Below are positions 58,512 to 64,000 of a DNA stretch of 64,000 nucleotides, in pieces. The translations under genes and the position numbers were made by a program. A model generated the notes under the pieces. It had not been told where the DNA came from and ran no database searches. It worked only from the letters and a program-made list of their open reading frames with translations. Each line of letters begins with the position of its first letter. The stretch's first letter is position 1. Source of the DNA: Thermoanaerobaculia bacterium (lineage in GTDB: Bacteria > Acidobacteriota > Thermoanaerobaculia > Multivoradales > Multivoraceae); contig OY762911.1 of assembly GCA_963666565.1 (NCBI GenBank), positions 704,001 through 768,000 on the forward strand. Reading direction: 5' to 3'.

Positions 58512-59786
58512 CTAGGGGCTGCACTTGAGCGCCATGGTGTCGGTCTGGGTGACCGCGGACTCTCCCTGCTTGTTGTGGTACGACCAGGCCCGGTTCCTTC
58601 CGTCGCTGACGTAGAGGTTGAAGGCCACGTCGGTCGCCGCCGCCATGAACACCCAGCGGTAACCGTTCTCCTTGCAGCCGTCGAGGACCTTGACCAGGAC
58701 CTCCGGGTTGTCCGAACCGAAGAACCAGAGCAGGCCGCCCTTGGTCGACTTGTAGATGCCGGCCTTGGCCTCGCCCAGCGTGCCCGCGGCCGTCTCGTAG
58801 CAGAGGCTTACCCGGTTGTCGCCGTCGAAGACGAGCGGCGCCACCGTGGGAACGCAGTCCGTGTAGCCCTCGCCGGTGGGCGGGCGGGTCAGCGGCCCGT
58901 GGGGCGGGACGTTGTCCGGCGGCGGCGGCTCGGGATCGGGGTCGGGGTCGGGGTCCGGATCGGGGGTCGTCGTGTCGTGAGGCGACTCGTCGACCGTCAT
59001 CCGGATGCCGTATGCCTTGAGATTGGTGCCAGTACGCGCGTTGCTCCAGGAAGTCCAGTCGGCTTCGCTTCCCGTACGGGTTCGCTTCCGCAGGTACGTC
59101 TCGTAGTCCGGCTCCGTGTCGGCGTCGTTGCCGTCGGTCGGCCGCGGATCCGTCGCGGTGAACCGGTCCTCGCCGAGGCGCTTCTTGTACTCGGCCCGCC
59201 AGGCGATGCCGGCCCAGATCGGGCCCCGCCTGAGTTCTAGTCCGGTCAGGGGTTCGCCCAACGCTTCGCACAGCAGCTCCCCCGCGGTCTCGATCGTGGT
59301 CCTTACGTCGTAGCTCGGGCGCCGCGGCGTCCCGATGTCGCCGCTCTTGTCCTCGTAGAAGGTCAACCTGTACACCAAGTCACGGATCCCGACCGTTGAA
59401 GGACGCTCGAAGCACACGGTGACGCTGTGCAGGTCGGCGGCCGGGTCGATGACGAACCTCTGGGCCACCTCCTGCTCGAAGGACTGGTTGCCGGAGAAGA
59501 ACGGCAGGGCCAGGTTCTCGAAGGCGCCGCCACGGAAGTGGTCGTCGTAGTAGTACGTGGCCAGGTCGTGGGTTGCCTGAACGACGCCGGTCGGCGCGTC
59601 GATCTCCTGGACCCGCACCGCGGTCTTCGCCTCCCGCGGAGCGGAGGGGCTCCCCCCGCGGCCGAAGACCTGGTCCGGGTCCAGGAGGTCGATTCCGCTC
59701 TGTGCCGCCAGCGGCGCCGCGGCGAGCGCCAGCAGGCTCGTCAGGCAGATCAGGCGTCGAAGGGTGCGGCGATTGCTCTGTTCCAT
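58512..59786 (-). CDS. Secreted paralogue with (DP)n linker and the shared C-terminal domain
   Basis: Signal peptide, YYYDD, YGIR, GLLWFFGSDNPEVLVKVLDGC. Confidence 0.8.
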   Translation of the reverse strand: MEQSNRRTLRRLICLTSLLALAAAPLAAQSGIDLLDPDQVFGRGGSPSAPREAKTAVRVQEIDAPTGVVQATHDLATYYYDDHFRGGAFENLALPFFSGNQSFEQEVAQRFVIDPAADLHSVTVCFERPSTVGIRDLVYRLTFYEDKSGDIGTPRRPSYDVRTTIETAGELLCEALGEPLTGLELRRGPIWAGIAWRAEYKKRLGEDRFTATDPRPTDGNDADTEPDYETYLRKRTRTGSEADWTSWSNARTGTNLKAYGIRMTVDESPHDTTTPDPDPDPDPDPEPPPPDNVPPHGPLTRPPTGEGYTDCVPTVAPLVFDGDNRVSLCYETAAGTLGEAKAGIYKSTKGGLLWFFGSDNPEVLVKVLDGCKENGYRWVFMAAATDVAFNLYVSDGRNRAWSYHNKQGESAVTQTDTMALKCSP

Positions 59787-60227
59787 GGTGGTTCTTCCCT
59801 TTTCCGGTCGAGCTGCTCGGCTCGGTGTATGGAGGAGGCGGGCTACTGCCACCTAGCCTACGCCCAACTCATAGCGAAAAGCAAATCTGAGGCGCATCCG
59901 ATCCCGGGATGAACCGTCGCCCCGGGCCGGCGGCGCTCGCCGCCCGGCCGAGGGGCGCGCCAGCCCGGCGACGGCGCCGAAACCGGCGGCGCCGCCACGC
60001 GAAAATGGGGCGGCAGGCTGAAAGCCTGCCGCCCCGGCGAAGGTTGGCAGCGACGAAAGAGCGGGTTTAGCGCAAATCGCCACTTAGGATTTTCGTTTGG
60101 ACAGACGGCCTAAGCTTGGACCTCCATCGCTGCCTGGCGGCCTTCCGGAGCAAGGAGCGGGATGCTGATGATCACCCTGCGATACCTCCGGAACGGCTGC
60201 CTCGGTTCCTTCCTGATCCCCGCTTCC

Positions 60228-61406
60228 CTACCTGTCGGTCGGGAACGGGTTGTCCGGCACGAGCTCCTGGCCCATGTTGGCCGCTGCGGCGCCAGGACAC
60301 CCGACACTGAGCATCCGCTTGCCCGCCTTCGGCTTCGGGAGCGTCTCGTTGACGCCGTCCGAGCGAGCAGTCGGCGTGCCCGTGATCTCAAGCATGGCTA
60401 CCTTCTTGCTGCTGGACTGGCAGTAGGTCTCGCTCGCCGTGGCGGCGTGCTGGATGGTCAGGGTATTGCTGTCAAGCGCGATACCGGCATCCACGAGATC
60501 CTGGCCGGTGCCGGGAGTCGCGTTGGTGACCCTGACCGTCCAAGTCGCGGCAAACCCGGTAGCCGTGGGGCTGATCGGGTGCCCAAGCAGCATCTCCGCA
60601 CTCGTTGGCCCGTCGGCGTTCGCAGCCGAGATGTGGCCGGTGCCGTTGCCCCAAAGCGACAGAGTGATGTTGTAGTCACCCCCAGCGAGTTCGCTGGCGT
60701 TCCGGTCCACCGAAGCGCCCACGTCGTCGATCACGCCGCCCGTCTGACCGCCGGTCGTCTGAGCCCTCATGCCGACGACCGTGCCGCCGTCGCCCATCAT
60801 GCAGTTGGAGTCGACCTGGCTGACCGCAGAGCCCGTGACCCTGGCGCCGCAACGCGGCGCAGGATCGTCCGGCTTGACCGGCAGGATGTGCGAGACGATG
60901 CCGACGCGGCCGGTGCTCTTCTGCTTGATGTAGCTGGCGGTAGCGCCCTCCGTCACCTCGAAGTCGTCTCCACCGGGATTGGCGGCCTTGGTCGCCGCGT
61001 TGCCCATCGCATCCTTGGGGAGGAGGTTGGCCACGGCCGTGTTCATGTCGTCCGTGATCCAGTACCAGCCGCCGTCCATGAGCCCCTGGACCTCGACCGA
61101 GCCGCCGTCCTTGGCGTGGCAGGAAAGGCCGTTGTCGTCCGTGAGCGCCTGGGTCGCGAGGTCGCCGTCGAGCGTTGCATCGCCCGAAGTGGAGACGCTG
61201 CCGCAGGTGACGACGAAGGTCACCTTGTCGGCGCCCTTGGCCTTCATCCCGACGAAGCCGCCCTCGCCCTTGAAGACCTGGGTGACGTGGCAGTCGGCAT
61301 CCGGGCAGGCGACCGAGATCTTCGCGGGATCCGCGACGCCGGCCTGACCGAAGGCCATGGTGGTAGCCGCGCCGATCAACAGCGCGAACATGAGATAGTT
61401 CTTCAC
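60228..61406 (-). CDS. Secreted 'DGGWYW...NPFP' family protein
   Basis: AAAGGAG RBS; signal peptide; CPDADCH, GEGGFVG, DGGWYWITDD; C-terminal ELVPDNPFPTDR. Confidence 0.82.
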   Translation of the reverse strand: MKNYLMFALLIGAATTMAFGQAGVADPAKISVACPDADCHVTQVFKGEGGFVGMKAKGADKVTFVVTCGSVSTSGDATLDGDLATQALTDDNGLSCHAKDGGSVEVQGLMDGGWYWITDDMNTAVANLLPKDAMGNAATKAANPGGDDFEVTEGATASYIKQKSTGRVGIVSHILPVKPDDPAPRCGARVTGSAVSQVDSNCMMGDGGTVVGMRAQTTGGQTGGVIDDVGASVDRNASELAGGDYNITLSLWGNGTGHISAANADGPTSAEMLLGHPISPTATGFAATWTVRVTNATPGTGQDLVDAGIALDSNTLTIQHAATASETYCQSSSKKVAMLEITGTPTARSDGVNETLPKPKAGKRMLSVGCPGAAAANMGQELVPDNPFPTDR

Positions 61407-61691
61407 TTGTTCTCCTTTGTACCGGCGCGGTTCCGCGCCGGTTCACCCGGGGCTATCAACCCCTGTTCAAGATGGCGGAAGGAGGAGTCCCCCCGCCTTA
61501 GACTGTCTCTTCAACCAATCCGGCGGACAGCCGCCGAATTGCCTGCTCAGGCTCGCATCACCTCCAGGATAAAGGATGCCTTGGTCTTCATTCGCTCCAA
61601 GTTTCAGGTCCAACCCCGCAACCCCGCTCAGGCGCTCCAACGAAGCGGAGAACCGAAGGGGAGTCTTCGCGCTGAACCCGTCGTGCTCGGC

Positions 61692-61721
61692 ACGCTACTC
61701 CGCCACCGGGGGTGTTGTCAA
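61692..61721 (-). promoter_or_regulatory. Possible promoter TTGACA-18-TAGCGT upstream of the 60228-61406 gene
   Basis: Perfect -35 box, weaker -10 box; implies a leader of about 280 nt. Confidence 0.4.
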
Positions 61722-61834
61722 GTCCTCTTGTCTCGCATCTTGCCCGCGAAGGCGATCTGCACCGCGACGCCGCCCGGATGCGGGTCGGAAGACCCGCGCA
61801 CCCAGCAGGGCGGGTCGGAAGACCCGCGCACCGG

Positions 61835-63310
61835 TTACGGCGCCGCGCAGGCGAACGCCTCCTTGTCCTGCACCGGCAGGAACCGCGTGCCGGCGGGGTT
61901 CTCGTACGTCCGCTCCAGGCCGGTTTCGGTGTCGGTGACGGTCATCGTCACGCCGACGTCGGTCAGGCCGGCCGCGTACACCCAGCGGTGGCCGTTCAGG
62001 GCGCAGCCGTCCAGCACCTTGAGCACCATCTCGACGTTGCTCGGCTCGAAGAACCAGTAGAGGCCGGTGTCTCCGGTCAGCGGCCAGGAGACGGCGCCGC
62101 CCGTCTCGCCGTCCGGCTTCGCCCAGGAGGCGCGCACGGCGTAGCGGCCGTTCTCGAGGCACAGCGTCCGGTCGTCCGGCTCGCACTCGCCGGCGTCGCC
62201 GGCGGAGTGCGAGGCCGCGGCGGCCCGGAACGGCGCCGGCGCCTCGTCCGGCGGCTCGAACGCGACCGCCGCGGGGTCCGTGCCGTCAGCTGCCCGCCGA
62301 AACGCAGGCGCACCGGCGGTCGTCGCGCTTCCGCCGCGCACGGCCTCCAGTTCGTCCGCCGCGAGCAGGTACCGGCTCTCGCCGTACAGGTTGGTCCCCT
62401 GCGGACAGACGGCGAACGTCTCCTGGTCCTGGACCGGCTGGAAGGCGGCCCCCGGCGGGTTGTAGTAGGTGGCGGCGACGCCGGTCTCCGAGTCGATCAC
62501 CTTCATGACGACCTTCACGTCCGTCAGGCCGCCGGCGAACACCCAGTAGCGCTGGTTGAAGGCGCAGCCGTCCAGGACCTTGACCAGGACCTCGACGTTC
62601 TCCGCGTTGAAGAACCAGACGTAGCCCGTGTCGTTCGTCAACGGCACCGCCGAGCCGGCGCCGCCGTCGGCCGCGGCCTCCCACTGGAGCTCGACCCGGA
62701 AACGGCCCCGGTTCAGGCAGATCGTTCCGCCGTCGTCCATGCACTCGCCGACCTCGGCGAGCGTCGTCGCGCCGACTTCGGGCGTGGGGGCCGAGCGGCC
62801 GCGGTTGTTCACCGCGACGACCTGGTAGGCGCGGAAGGTGGCGGGCGGGATGTTCTCGATGACGAGCGAGGTCGTGTTCGCCGGCAGGGTGGCGATCCGC
62901 ATGAACTCGCTGTCGACCATCCGCTCGTGGATCTCGAAGCCCGTCTCGTCGCCGGAACGGTCCTGCCAGCGGAGCTCCAGTTCCGTCTGGCCGATGGCGG
63001 TGACGGTCAGGTCGATCGGCGAGGCCGGGCCCACCGGGCCCACCGGGCCGGTCAGGGGATAGAGGACGCGCACCGCGTTGCGGTCGTCGCGGTTGAGCGC
63101 CGCGCCCCGGCCGTCGCCGTGGGCGAGGGCGCGCATGATCGCCTCGTCGTTCAGCTCGTTGCACGAGGCGCTCGCATCGTCGCCGCAGGAGTGGCCGATG
63201 CCGAGGACGTGGCCCAGTTCGTGGGCCATGATCTCCTCGTGGTCGCGGCGCGGGTTGTCGAAATTGCGCCAGCGAAGGGGAGTGCCGGGTTGCTCGCAGC
63301 CGGCGCCCAC
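61835..63310 (-). pseudogene. Truncated metalloprotease paralogue with an FN3-like domain and two copies of the shared C-terminal domain
   Basis: HELGHVLGIGH; WQDRSGDETGF FN3-like; WFFNAENVEVLVKVLDGC and WFFEPSNVEMVLKVLDGC; no signal peptide; internal deletion relative to 54989-56905. Confidence 0.6.
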
Positions 63311-63525
63311 GCGGAGCAGGTTGTACGGCGAGACGATGGCCGTGAGGTCCCCGGCAAGGTCCGTCGAGGGCAGGCCGCCGCCAGCCGCCGGCAGCCGGCG
63401 CCGAGCGCCGTCTGCCGCTCCCGGAAACCTACCCCGGGCCGGATCGGAATCGACCCTCTCTACCGGGCCTGTTCACGATCATCTCTGTACTGGAAAACAC
63501 TATCCGCCGAGAAGTCGGCAGTGCT

Positions 63526-63789
63526 TCAGTTTGAGGAGGAGCCGCCCATCTGAAGACGTTCCAAGTGTTGAATCCGGTCGCCAAAGCCGTCCAGATCGCG
63601 GCGCAAGTCCTCCTTCAAGTCGGTGAACCGGCTGTTGAAGGACACCGTCACGAAGGTCAGCCAGAGCACGAGGATCAGGCCAATGATCGAGAGTAGGCCA
63701 GGAACAACAGCCCGCTGTAGTCGGCCCCTGGCCGTCTCTCCAGGCCCGATCTGCGGTCGCTTCCCCTGGTCCGGGACGGCATCTGTCAT
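63526..63789 (-). CDS. Small TM plus coiled-coil protein
   Basis: GLLSIIGLILVLWLTFVTV followed by FTDLKEDLRRDLDGFGDRIQHLE. Confidence 0.55.
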   Translation of the reverse strand: MTDAVPDQGKRPQIGPGETARGRLQRAVVPGLLSIIGLILVLWLTFVTVSFNSRFTDLKEDLRRDLDGFGDRIQHLERLQMGGSSSN

Positions 63790-63792
63790 GGG

Positions 63793-64000
63793 CTAAGACT
63801 GGGCTTCCGAGAGCCAAGTCCAGAGCTTGCCGTCCGTGTAGCCCGAGTAGGCGGAGTTGAGCTTGAAGACGACGCCGGACACGGTTCTGTCCTTGCCCTT
63901 GATGCCAGCGGTTTCCGCCGTGCCGTTCGTCGTCGCGCTCAAGGGCACCGCGACGAGGGTCATTCCGCCAGCCAACTCATAGACGTTGTCGCCCCCATAC
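63793..64000 (-). CDS. 3' end of a gene extending beyond the window
   Basis: Open frame from the window edge to the stop at 63793. Confidence 0.45.
   Translation of the reverse strand, partial: YGGDNVYELAGGMTLVAVPLSATTNGTAETAGIKGKDRTVSGVVFKLNSAYSGYTDGKLWTWLSEAQS

Overview
A very GC-rich bacterial window, probably from an Acidobacteriota genome: it carries GWxTD-type and VWFA-type VWA proteins and many secreted paralogue families. Housekeeping genes include mnmA, an IscS-like desulfurase, maf, apgM, ilvD, an S9 peptidase and surface-glycan genes. The window is saturated with one palindromic REP family (CTGGGTGCGCGGGTC-TTC(C/T)-GACCCGCA, roughly 80-90 copies by eye), found as singlets, tandem arrays and inverted REPIN-like doublets. 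The most striking system has three tiers. (i) A REP-associated HUH tyrosine transposase (RAYT, 45118-45858) is flanked by these REPs. (ii) REPs are repeatedly inserted in-frame inside protein-coding genes: the S9 peptidase, an oxidoreductase fusion, a radical SAM fusion, VWA proteins and signal-peptide n-regions. (iii) Two apparently identical 1440-bp IS1111-type (IS110 family) elements sit at the same nucleotide of the REP; their 3' non-coding region contains short matches to both strands of that target, a candidate seek/bridge RNA, and their joined ends form a TTGCAC-17-CATAAT promoter. The window also holds a candidate HEPN + KGGVGR-ParA + P-loop ATPase defence operon, a scrambled defence-fragment island bounded by the two ends of an AAA gene, a five-member secreted 'DGGWYW...NPFP' family with long leaders, a family of secreted proteins sharing a C-terminal 'WFF..N.EVLVKVLDGC' domain, and coiled-coil paralogues with independently expanded heptad repeats. 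All functional calls come from reading motifs by eye; no database search was run.
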